DNA of 64,000 nt from Podarcis tiliguerta (lineage: Eukaryota): NCBI GenBank assembly GCA_965153285.1, contig OZ229120.1. One strand, 5' to 3'. A program made the translations under genes and the position numbers. The notes beneath the pieces were generated by a model, which worked only from the letters and a program-made list of their open reading frames with translations, was not told the DNA's origin and searched no databases. Position 1 is the stretch's first letter. The number at the start of each line of letters is the position of its first letter. Positions 12,208-22,757 of this stretch are shown in pieces.

Positions 12208-13504
12208 TATGTTGCTGCAACCTTTTTCCATCATGCACTGGTACTTTACAGCCAATTAAAGATCCAATTAAATGGAGAATTTCTGTTTCTTAATGGGAGT
12301 GTAGGGGGGGGGGTTTACCAGACAAAGTGCTTTTTTTCACTCAGCACCTCCCTGCCTCCCACATTCCATGCTGGAGTGAGAGCCAGATAACAAGATGAAC
12401 TCTAAGTAAAGCCCATTCCCCCCCATCTCGAGGGGGGGCGGTTTCAAGGATGATTTACTCTCTGTCATCCTTGTTTTGCATTCACTGACGATCCCCTGTT
12501 GTCGTGGGGGCTGCCTCCATTAAGATAGGCAGGACCTGAAGACCATGGGGAAAATTTTGTAGCCATATGAAATTTATGACATTGGCAGGAGATCCAGAGG
12601 AAAATGTTGATGAGACACAAATATGGTACTGAGTAGATAAATCAGAGGTAGAAATGTAGATCTGAAATCCATTAGCATGGTGTTCATAGCAGAACAAATA
12701 AGATCACAAAAAGAGAAAAAGAAAGCATGGAGAGGAAGAAATGAGTAGATTGAAGACTGAATCTAGGGGGGTCACTCCTGGGTGGTGGTAAGAAAGAAAT
12801 AGAGAGAGAAGAAAGGGAATAAGAAAAGCATAGCTCCATAGAAGCCTATTAAAGAGAAGGAGTGAAAATGGATGATGCCACAAACATTGGCAAAGTATTG
12901 CTATAACATACTTTGTGGCAAATGCATGAGTGTTAAACTGTGGAGTAACAATATTATTTATTTTACTCTTGCATGCATATTTCACGAGACACAGCCAAGT
13001 CTTCCAAGAAATCATGAAATGTGGGAATATTTCAAATCTCATCTCTCAATCAAAAATATCTTAATTCAAAGCAGCTTCCTTCTCAAAGCTATTGTCATCT
13101 CTCCACAGGAGGTTGTCAGCCATGTGCATTTTCCCTTGTTCCTGACAGGAACCTGGATAGATATTCTCCAGTAGTTTGCTTGAAAGAATGAAATTCCTGC
13201 ATTCGGCCACATTGCTACTGTTTCAACCAATGCGTTTTTGGCTTTAGTGTGAAATGGGCCATAAATAAGAAATTAAACTCCTTTCCAGAATGCCACTTTC
13301 CTCACCTCAGAACATTTCTTGTTTCGAAAGGTTAAAATATAAATGTAAATACCTGTAAATACCACTATCGTGATTTTTGAAACAATTACTGTAATGCCAG
13401 TTATCTGCTAGGTACTAGGGGTGTGCATCAATGACAAGATTCAGTTCAGAACCCTCTTTCATACCCTCCAGCATTTCTCCAATGAAAATAGGGACATCTA
13501 TGAT

Positions 13505-13878
13505 CATCATCATCATTATTACCCTGCCAGGGCCAGATTTAGGTTTGATGAGGCCCTAAGTTACTGAAGGTAATGGGGCCCTTTATAGGTCCAGCTTTCC
13601 TTTGTCAACAACAAAGGGAGCAGGCTAGCAGACTTACATCATAGGAGTGGAGACAACACAAAACACTGTTGCTGTATGTAAGTTTTATTTTATTTTATTG
13701 GTTTTTTATCTTATATTTTGGAAATGTACATCCAGTTTTTTCCCCTTCAAACTTTTTTTGGGGGCCCCCAAGAGAGTGGGGCCCTAAGCTATGGCTTGTT
13801 TATCTTATACGTAAATCCGGCACTATACGCTGCCCATCTGACTGGGTTGCCCCAGCTACTCTAAGTGGCTTCCAACAT
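13505..13878 (-). mobile_element. L2-type 3' tail fragment hosting a nested hAT element
   Basis: taccctgcccatctgactgggttgccccagc...gcttccaaca matches the reverse complement of the tail at 18490-18550. It is split by 13528-13825. Confidence 0.75.
13528..13825. mobile_element. Non-autonomous hAT element
   Basis: TIRs CAGGGCCAGATTTA / TAAATCCGGCACTA. 8-bp TSD TACCCTGC (13520-13527) / TACGCTGC (13826-13833). Confidence 0.85.
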
Positions 13879-13894
13879 AGTTTATAACATGCAT

Positions 13895-15190
13895 GCCATG
13901 GAGAAACTGGATAGAAAACTTTTTTCTCCTTCTCTCGTAACAATGGAACTCATGGACATCCAATGAAACTGAATGTTGGGAGACTTAGGGAAGATAAAAT
14001 AAAGGATTTATTCAGTGCAGCACATCGTTGAACTATGTTTCTCATTCCTCCAGGAGGCCGTAATGACCACAAGCTTGGATGGATTTAAAAGAGGACTGCA
14101 CAAATTGACGGAGGAGAGGACTGACAATGGCTATTTGGCACGATGATTATGCCGGAGGCAGCAAGTTGATAGAATCACAGAAGGGGAGAGTGTGTCAGTG
14201 TTTGAAGGGAAAAAAAGGTTCTGATCTCCTTTTTACTCCTTTGCCTAGTCCTCAGACCTTAGTTGGCACAAAAGAGTATTTGAGAAAGAGTATTCTTGCA
14301 GAGTATTGCTGCTTTTATTCTTAAAAAGTCTTCTTCTCTCTTTTTTTTTTTTAATAAATATTTTATTCGGTTTTACATAAAAAAACGACAAAGCAAAACA
14401 AAAACAACAAACAATACACCAAAAACATACAAAATTACACAAACATCACATATTACAGACAACAGAAATAAAAACAATCTTATCTTCATATTGATCTTGC
14501 ATTAACTTGTTTCTCTGACTTCCCCAAGTCTCCCTTCCCTGTATTCCAATTCATACATTTAAACAACAAATCCCTTCCCTCTGTCATAATTAACCTCCTT
14601 TCTTAAATTGAATGTTTTAATATAGCTTATTCAATACTTAAAACTTAAGATGTTGGATCTTCTAGTCTTTAAAGTTTTATTCCAGTACCCTTATACATTT
14701 AATCTGATGTTATTTTAACATTTATTAATCTTGTTGTGTTTCTGTAGATAGTCTTTAAATTTCTTCCAATCTTCCTCCACCGTCTCTTCTCCCTGGTCTC
14801 TGATTCTGCCGGTCATTTCTGCGGATTCCATGTAGTCCATGACTTTCATCTGTTAAAAAGTCTTCTTCTCCAACCACGACTGACAACCGCACACCAAACA
14901 CAGCCAGCTTTCTACCATCCATCCAACCAACCCACAACCAACACTAACATTGACCACTCTATATATACAGGTACAATTTGGTGAAAGGTTGCATGAGTCA
15001 TTGTAGGCCGCTGACTCATGCTGACTTAGTTCTTTTAGCATTAAAGAAACAGTGGCTAATTTTTAGCCGTGACAGAGTGCTTGAGTGCCGCTCCCTAGTT
15101 TTGCATCCACATCTGGTTGGCCACTGTGAGAACAGAATGCTGGACTAGATGCATCATTGGCCTGATCCAGCAGGCTATTCTTTTGTTAAC
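13895..15190 (+). mobile_element. CR1 LINE 3' end, split by later insertions
   Basis: 13895-14195 has CR1 ORF2-end sequence (ccaggaggccgtaatgaccacaagcttggatggatttaaaagaggactgcacaaatt). 15075-15190 has the CR1 tail (ggccactgtgagaacagaatgctggactagatg...ggcctgatccagcagg). Similar to 56752-57085. Confidence 0.75.
14339..14852 (-). mobile_element. 5'-truncated L1 (ORF2 C-terminus, 3' UTR and poly(A))
   Basis: 18-bp perfect TSD TTAAAAAGTCTTCTTCTC (14321-14338 / 14853-14870), poly(T) at the left end. Minus strand reads QMKVMDYMESAEMTGRIRDQGEETVEEDWKKFKDYLQKH...stop. Confidence 0.9.
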
Positions 15191-16483
15191 ATGATTTTTT
15201 AATATCTATATATGAAAAAGCTATGCCTTCATTACTCTTACAGCTCTCTTGAGAGGCTGTACACTATGTGAAAGTAAATAAATAGGAGACACAACTTGTG
15301 GTGTAATTGGCTCTTAAAACAACAACAGACTACACTTGTGATACTATTAAAGTTTAAAGCCTGGCATAAAAAAAACTTTCGATGGAAATCTGGAATAACT
15401 GGTGTCTAGTTAGGGTTAGCACTATATAAAAAAAGACGTGCTAACCATAATTAGAAAGTATAGCATTAGGTCTCTACTTCAGGCAGCAAAATGTCTCAGC
15501 CTACCACTGTGGTGATAAAAAATACAGAATGAAATACGCTCACCAGCAATCCCAGAATCAAAGACCTATGAAATAAGTGAGGAGCCTTTTCTTCAGCTTC
15601 ACTAGGATCTACACTATTTCAACAAGATGCTTGGGGAAGTTTCATGCAACATTAAAACATGTGTTAATAAGACCTTAACATAACGTGGCCTTGAAATGAG
15701 AGTGCTTTGATTGTATTTTCATTTACTTTTACTGCCCCATCGTTTATGTTGCTGTCTGTAGGACCCCATCAGCAATAAATCTGTTCCGCCTCAGTTCCTT
15801 AGTTAGTATTCCAGAAAGATATCTGCGTTTAACTGAATCAGACCCTTTCAAAGGCAAGCAGCCATATCCCGTCTGAAGCTCTGCAGCTGATGCCTTCCTA
15901 ACAAAACAATATCCACTTTTTAATCAGCGGCTCGAACATATGATTGCATTTCTGGCTCTCAGTCTATAATTGCACTGTCGGCTGTGAGTTGTATCATAGG
16001 GGACTGTGAGAAAGACATGGCATCTTGGGGAGACATATGTGTGCTCCAGCTGAAGCAACAATAAGACTGCTGATTACAATCTTAGCCTACTATGGAGTGA
16101 TCCTGAAATGTAGTTTGATATAAAAATAGCTTTTTCAGCCGTTGTCACATAATAGCACGCCAAAGTTGCAGGGCTTGGACAACCAGGGCGAGTGTGAGCT
16201 TCTGGCTTACCGTTCTATCTGCCGCAATTCACAGCACAATGTGTGGGAAGACAACTGAAGTCTGAAGATGTCTCTCTTTTTTATTCAGTGACCTGCTGAA
16301 TAAAGAGAATGCACTTTGGGGGAAGAGATTACAGCTTGGCAGTACAAAATACGGCTCCAAAGGCAGTAGGTTCATTTTGGTTGATGTATTATTACTTTTT
16401 ACAGGAAACTACGTGTGCATATGCACGTGTGTGTGTTTTAGTGGCATTTGGAAGTGTGCTATGTTATAAGCAGGGAACCTCTT

Positions 16484-16845
16484 GGTCAACAAAAGAGGTT
16501 TAAAGATTGTCTCAAGGCAAATCTAAAAAAATATAGTATAAGCACCAACAATTGGGAAACACGACTGCCAGCACTCTCATTGGAAAACAGCCTTTACCAA
16601 AAGTGTCATGGGCTTTGAAGACACTCGAACTCAGGACGCAAGGGAGAAACGTGCTAAATGGAAGACATGCTTGGCAAATCCACACTGTGATCAACTGCCA
16701 CCCGGAAACCAATGTCCCCACTGTGGAAGGATGTGTGGATCCATAATTGGCCTCCACAGTCCCTTACAGACTCATCATTAAAACCGTATTTATGGAAGAC
16801 AATCTTACTCGGCTACGGGTGATCAAAGAGGAGGAGGAGGAGGAA
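16484..16845 (+). mobile_element. RTE-clade (non-BovB) LINE 3' end
   Basis: Reads GQQKRFKDCLKANLKK...CPHCGRMCGSIIGLHSPLQTH (terminal C2H2 finger), then a short UTR and a (GAG)n tail. Homologous to 61195-61494. Confidence 0.85.
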
Positions 16846-17339
16846 GTGGGGAAGCACTGGGGGGAAAGAAACAAGGACCACAAGTTGGCAGCTCTTGTGT
16901 ACATCTGCATCTACGCATACATAGATGCTCCCCTGGTTTCTTCTAGGAACAGGGAAGGTTCCCCACATGCAATACAAACTCAGAGATGTTTGTAGAGTGC
17001 TTGTTTTTATAGAAGACACAGGGAAGCTCCAGCATATGAGTTTTGGGGCACACCAACAGCATTTTAAAAGAAGAGATGCATAAATGTTTAAGCATCTACT
17101 TGGAGCTGAGTGTCTGTGTTGATGGAGATGATAGTGTAACACCTCATTTTGCGATGGCTGATACAGCAAATGGTATCCGATCCTCTGCATTTACCAGGTG
17201 GCCCTAAGAAAAACTTCTTTGTGTTGTAGCCTTATCCTGCATCTGGTAAATGATTACAGAAATCATCTATGTGAAATATTTGAAAGATTTGAAATGCACT
17301 GTAAAGATGTATGAAGATGGGTACTTTCACAATATTGAA

Positions 17340-17745
17340 GGGGTAGCCAATGGGGTGGCTTCCAGATGTTTAGTGTTAAGTTGTGGACGAACATATCAGA
17401 CGACACAGTGATTCTTCAAACAGCTCTCGTTTATTCAGAGGCCAGAACTGAACTGAGCTGAAGGGCTCAGTCAGCCTGCTTATATAGAGCTCCAGAACAC
17501 GTAACTGTAGCAACTTTCTAAAACTATCCAATCACTGAACGTCACTCTCAATCCTTCATTTGCATACAGACTATCCAATCACTGAACGTCACTTTCGATC
17601 CTTCATTTGCATAACTATCTATAGTATCCCCCTGCTGGCCCATGGTGAGAACTTCAGTACATAACATTTAGGACTACAACCCCATCATCCCCATCCACTG
17701 GCCATGCTATGAGGAGATGATGAAAGTTCTAGTCCACATTGGGGA
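17340..17745. mobile_element. Palindromic hAT-type MITE interrupted by a solo LTR
   Basis: The left arm ...tccagatgtttag and right arm gactacaaccccatcatcccc... rejoin into the 7726 family once 17374-17666 and one TSD copy are removed. Confidence 0.7.
17374..17666 (-). mobile_element. Solo LTR (293 bp)
   Basis: TG...CA termini (TGTTAAG...CATAACA) and 5-bp TSD TTTAG (17369-17373 / 17667-17671). On the minus strand TATATAA precedes AATAAA. Internal 47-bp tandem duplication. Confidence 0.9.
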
Positions 17746-18345
17746 TCTAGAGTATTGTGTGAATGGAACTTCTTGGGTTACTTCATGATGCACCAACACA
17801 ACAAGTTGTGATGTTGGACCTGAAATGGGGGACATAACAATTTGTTCTGACTGCTGCTTGGCTCAGGTAGTGGCTTCAAGGTTCAGATTACTGACTTTCT
17901 GGCATGAAATGAGAGATCCCAGCACCCATTATCTAGCGTTATTGTTATGAAAATGTGTTTATCTGTGTATTTACTATTTGTTTAGTACAGTTATGTACCA
18001 CCTTTTCAATTAATTGTCCAGGACTGTTTACAGCAAAAATATAAATCCGTAAAACAAATCACAAAATGCCATGTAACAAAAGCAGTCATAAAACCACTGG
18101 CAGTAACATAAAACAGAATATCAGCTTCAACAGAGAAAACAAGGGAAAAGAAAATAGCCTTTACATGGGGACTGAAAGAGAGCAAAGTAGACATCTTGGA
18201 GGAGGGATTTTAAAAAGGCACTTAATTCTTTGCAGTAATTTCCACTGTAATTTTTTACCATGGGTTTTACAGCATAGAATTGGGTAGAAAGATCTAAAAA
18301 CTCATTTATTAAGCAGGTATGATAGTTTTGGTGTTGTTTCGTTTT

Positions 18346-18571
18346 GGTAGTGGCGCTTGCCCTGTGGAACGCCCTCCCACCGGATGTCAAGGAAATAAAC
18401 AACTATCTGACTTTTAGGAGACACCTGAAGGCAGCCCTGTTTAGGGAAGTTTTAAATGTTTGATGTTTGATTGTGTTTTTAATATCCTGTTGGAAGCCTC
18501 CCAGATTGGTTGGGGAGGCCCAGCCAGATGGGCAGGGTATAAGTAATAAAGTGTTGTTGTTGTTGCTGCTG
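18346..18571 (+). mobile_element. L2-clade LINE 3' end
   Basis: Reads VVALALWNALPPDVKEINNYLTFRRHLKAALFREVLNV-stop, then the tail ggaagcctcccaga...cccagccagatgggcagggtataagtaataaa. Same family as 55542-55877. Confidence 0.85.
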
Positions 18572-19789
18572 CTTAAAAGTATAATAATGTAGACAGGAGG
18601 CCATATCTGGATCAGGAACCTGGTGGGCTGGCAGCACTAAAAGGGCTTTAACCATTTTCTCCACACTATAGCCCCAGTTCAAATCAGGGTCCCACCCTGC
18701 CTATTAGAGGCAAGCATATCACTGGAACCCTTTATAAATTGTGTGAACAACCTCATGTATACTTTGTCCCCAACAAAGTAAGTCTGAGGATCACACTGCA
18801 TGTGCGTTAATGATGATTTCCCATTTTGAATCTACTCAATGATCAGAATATTTTTTAATTATCTAAAGAGTTGGATATAAAAGAATATATGTTGCCATAT
18901 TAAAGACCTCATGGCATCCCATTTTTGAGTATAGATGCCATTTCAAGCCTAGATAAACTGATATTGTGTTTACAATTTATTACCCTCCAGTTTTTATATT
19001 CCTCTTCTATAAAACAAAAATGCTAATGACCTACAATCTCAAGCGATTGTAGGGATACAGAATACAAACCGCTTCTTACTCCTAGGAAATGCTACATAAA
19101 ATATTCATAATACAACAAACATTAGGACTTGTTTATGCATTTTGAAAGCATGGTATTTTCATTCCTGACTTTGTGTTACAACTCGGCTGTCATTTTGAAA
19201 ATATCTAAGTGTTAAAACATCAAGAAATGTCAACAGGGACAATTAATCTTTGTGAAATGCTCCCGAAAGTCACATAGGTGAAACATTGCCATGGCGTATC
19301 CAACCTGGGCTGTATTGCAATGGATTGATATTGAACTACTACGGAAACTGTGTGAATTTGATGTTTGACAAGAGACTGGAGGCTGAATGAAAAAAACCCA
19401 GAAACAAATAAAATATAATATAATTAAATGGCACCACCACCCACATTCTAATCTTGAATTTGACATCTATGGAATTCAAATATACATGCTTTACTTTGCT
19501 GCATATTTTGTGATTTTAAATCTCTGCTGGGGTACTTGGGCCAAACTGGATCCTGGCATCCAGGAATTCTCCTTTTATATACCTCCTCAGGATCTTCCTC
19601 CCTGAGTGGCTCCTTGGTTTCCCCAAAGATTGGATAAGGATTGATGATGGGCACTTCCTTCTTCCCATCGTCTTCATCTGGCCAACAGCCCCTGCCCTCC
19701 AGAATGTCTCCTTAGAACCTACGGCACTTATTGACTTTGCTGCTGGGCCACCTCTTTGAGTGTCTTTGCCTGGCTGGAATGTGTCCTTA

Positions 19790-20200
19790 ATTTAGGTGAA
19801 TGCTTCCAGACTGTCAGGATGAAGAGATGTAGGCCTGGAAACATCTGATCTACCCACAGCCCCGCCAGCAGCTTCCTTACACATATTTTGCCCTTGTTTC
19901 AATTGTGCCACGTGTTGAGAAGTTTCCTCAAATTTAGCAGATTTCTCCTCAAGTTCCTTCACTTTTTTACCCATCCTTTCTACCTGCTGTGCTATCTTCT
20001 ATTTTAACGCTCGTTTTTTGGAACCGCTCCACCATCTTTAATTCAAAATCCTTCCTTTGTTGAGCAAATTGCTCCATTGCAAACTCTGTCAAATCTGGTT
20101 TAGGGTCTCTTTTTTCAGTGGTCTCTTCCTGTGCAGAGCCTGTTCTGTCTGCTTTCCCCCCTAGGCCTGGAAACCTCTGATCTGGAGATTTGTGGGTGTG
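19790..20200 (-). mobile_element. Possible L1 ORF1 (coiled-coil) relic
   Basis: Adjacent minus-strand ORFs with heptad-like K/E-rich sequence (QQRKDFELKMVERFQK..., KKVKELEEKSAKFEE). No diagnostic motif. Confidence 0.3.
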
Positions 20201-20540
20201 GCAATATCTGGCTTTGGTGTGCTTGGAATGTAGTCGGCTGTACAAGGGAAGAATAACACCTGCGGGTGCACTAGGTTTTCCGTCTGACCCCACCAATCAC
20301 CAGCATGTGGGCTACAGAAGGCTTCCCATGGGAGAATGGAGCCAGACTCTGCTACACAGAATCAAGAAGATTGTTCTTCCCTCTGTTCCATCCTTTTGTG
20401 CTTGGACTGGTTCCAAACTCCATCTTATCCATAGCATTATCAAATACCGAATGTCAAATAGAGAACATCCAAAATTAGATACCAGGTGCAATGTTAAATT
20501 GGGCAGAATGCAGCAAGCTTGCTTTGGCAATCCTTTCCGA

Positions 20541-20795
20541 TCAATGACTAGCTAGCCTCTTCTGCCATGGCATTGTGGTGCGATGGATGTTTTTCTTATC
20601 TCGGTATGGTAGGCTATATTGAAAAGTCAGAGGTAGCAATAAGTCACGGTTCAAGGAAACATTCCAGTCAGGCAAAAGTACCTGAAGAGGATACAGATTA
20701 AGTATGGTGAGGTTATGGCCTGGAGATAATCCAGAAAGTGAGAAAGGCCTGGTCTTGGGCTGCATTATTTGGCTGCAAATAGTGATTTGCTTCAA
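20541..20795 (-). mobile_element. Possible DIRS-type tyrosine-recombinase relic
   Basis: NLYPLQVLLPDWNVSL resembles the N-L-x-P-P...P-x-W-D-L-x-L-V-L segment of DIRS1 YR proteins as I recall it. Single weak motif. Confidence 0.25.
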
Positions 20796-21267
20796 TGGAA
20801 TCCTTAATCTGGACCTTGTGCAGAGTAGAAATGAATGCTCTCCACCACAAGAATGAGTATGCAGCCCTATCTTCTGTTTAGTCCTGAAGGCAATTCAATA
20901 AACCTACTTCTCTCTGGTCTCAGAGAGAAATCCTAAGTTACTTGCCTGTTTTATAATTGCAGAGCATAGCTTCTGCAGCTACGTGCTGCAAGCTCCTTCT
21001 CCCAACACGCTAAACTGGGTCCATTCCGTGCTTGATCCCCCAGACTACAGGGAGACACTGAGCTCTTTTGTTTCATTAGACACTGTTTTGGTTTCCAGTG
21101 ATGATTAATCAATTAGCCTAAATGCTCAAACAGGAAATATCCAACCTTTCCTTACTGTATTTGCTTTAGTTAAAACTCCTGTCAAACCTAAACCTCTCTT
21201 TACAGTGGTTCACATACAATGCATGCAAACACAGTATTTTATGCTTATTAAACTTGTATCTGTAATA

Positions 21268-21496
21268 CAGTGGTACCTCTGGTTGCGAACAGGATCCGTT
21301 CCGGAGGCCCGTTCGCAACATGAAAATAGCGCAACCAGAAGCGCTGTATCTGCACAGGTGCACCGCATGATTTGGCGCATGTGCACATGTGCAAGCGGCG
21401 AAACCTGGAAGTAACCCTTTCCAGTACTTCCGGGTCACTGTGGGATGTAACCTGAAAGAACGTAACATGAAGCAAACGTAACATGAGGTATGACTG
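21268..21496. mobile_element. Tigger/pogo-like MITE
   Basis: TIRs CAGTGGTACCTC / GAGGTATGACTG and TA TSD. Confidence 0.9.
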
Positions 21497-21710
21497 TATG
21501 AGATGCCCATCCCCTGATTTGGGTCTGATGGAGAGGTCTATTCACCCACCTACTCCTTGTTGCCAGGGATTTGAATCAGAGCTTCTCTACATGTAAGAAC
21601 ACAAGCAGGACCTGAGCACAAGATCACTTTCTCCTCCTGCGGTTTCCAGCAACTGAAGGAAACTGCCTCTTACCACAGAGCCAGAGCATAGCCTGTCATG
21701 GATGTAAGTA

Positions 21711-22212
21711 CAGTCATACCTTGGGTTACAGACGCTTCAGGTTGCGTTTTTTCAGGTTATGGACCCACTGAAACCCGGAAGTACCAGAACGGGTTACTTC
21801 CAGGTTTCGGTAGTCGCTCATGCGCAGACGCGGTGCTGTGGGTTGTGAATGCTGTGGGTTGCGAGCGTGCCTCCCGCCAGTGGCGTAGCGTGGGTTGTCA
21901 GCACCCGGGGCAAGGCAAGTAATTTGCCCCCCCCCCGCTGCACTGTCCCTCCCCCAGATAGTCCCTTGCTCTCTCTCCGCACCGCACCGCACGCCTGGCA
22001 CCCTCCCCTCCACAGTGGGCGGCGACCCGGCAGCTCGGATCGGATTCGCACAGCCAGCACTGCAGTGAGAGAGAGTGAGTGAGCCAGGTAGGGGCAGAGA
22101 GCTGTGAGTGCGAGTGTGCAACCCCCAGATGTTGCACCCGGCCCCCCATGCACCCCCCACGCTACGCCACTGCCTCCCGCAAAGATCACGTTCACAACCC
22201 AAGCGTCCACTG
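21711..22212. mobile_element. Tigger/pogo-like MITE, inverted relative to 21268-21496, with a nested hAT MITE
   Basis: Ends CAGTCATACCTTGG...CCAAGCGTCCACTG with TA TSD. Shares gaaacctggaagtaaccc...gtacttccgggt with the previous copy. Confidence 0.85.
21878..22172. mobile_element. GC-rich hAT MITE (295 bp)
   Basis: Perfect 17-bp TIR CAGTGGCGTAGCGTGGG / CCCACGCTACGCCACTG. Perfect 8-bp TSD CCTCCCGC (21870-21877 / 22173-22180). Confidence 0.95.
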
Positions 22213-22394
22213 TATAAGTGGTCCCTTGATGAGCGGCCATTTTTAAGATTTATGATGCTGTTGGACTTTTACCTGAAATTAGCTTTATAGGAAAGCTCAG
22301 AAAACTTCAGTTGTTCTCTGTGTTTAGGCAGTACTTGTGCTAAAAAATATTGCTTTAATTGAATTTGATCACCGAAATCTTAAATTTGCTTATA

Positions 22395-22757
22395 AAAGGT
22401 AAAAGGAAAAGGTACCCCTGCCCGTACGGGCCAGTCTTGACAAACTCTAGGGTTGTGCGCTCATCTCACTCTATAGGCCGGGAACCAGCACTGTCCGCAG
22501 ACACTTCTGGGTCACGTGGCCAGCGTGACAAGCTGCATCTGGCGAGCCAGCGCAGCACACGGAACGCCGTTTACCTTCCCACTGGTAAGCGGTCCCTATT
22601 TATCTACTTGCACCCAGGGGTGCTTTCAAACTGCTAGGTTGGCAGGCACTGGGACCGAAAGATGGGAGCGCACCCCGCCGCAGGGATTCGAACTGCCGAC
22701 CATGCGATCGGGAAGTCCTAGGCGCTGAGGTTTTACCCACAGCGCCACCCACGTCCC
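22395..22757 (-). mobile_element. Sauria SINE (subfamily A)
   Basis: Closely similar to 9368-9730. TSD AAATTTGCTTATA (22382-22394 / 22761-22773). Confidence 0.95.

Noticed and set aside
21698-22240. GC-rich overlapping ORFs or CpG-island promoter
   Set aside because: Fully explained by nested MITEs with TIRs and TSDs. The same likely applies to 53586-54238.
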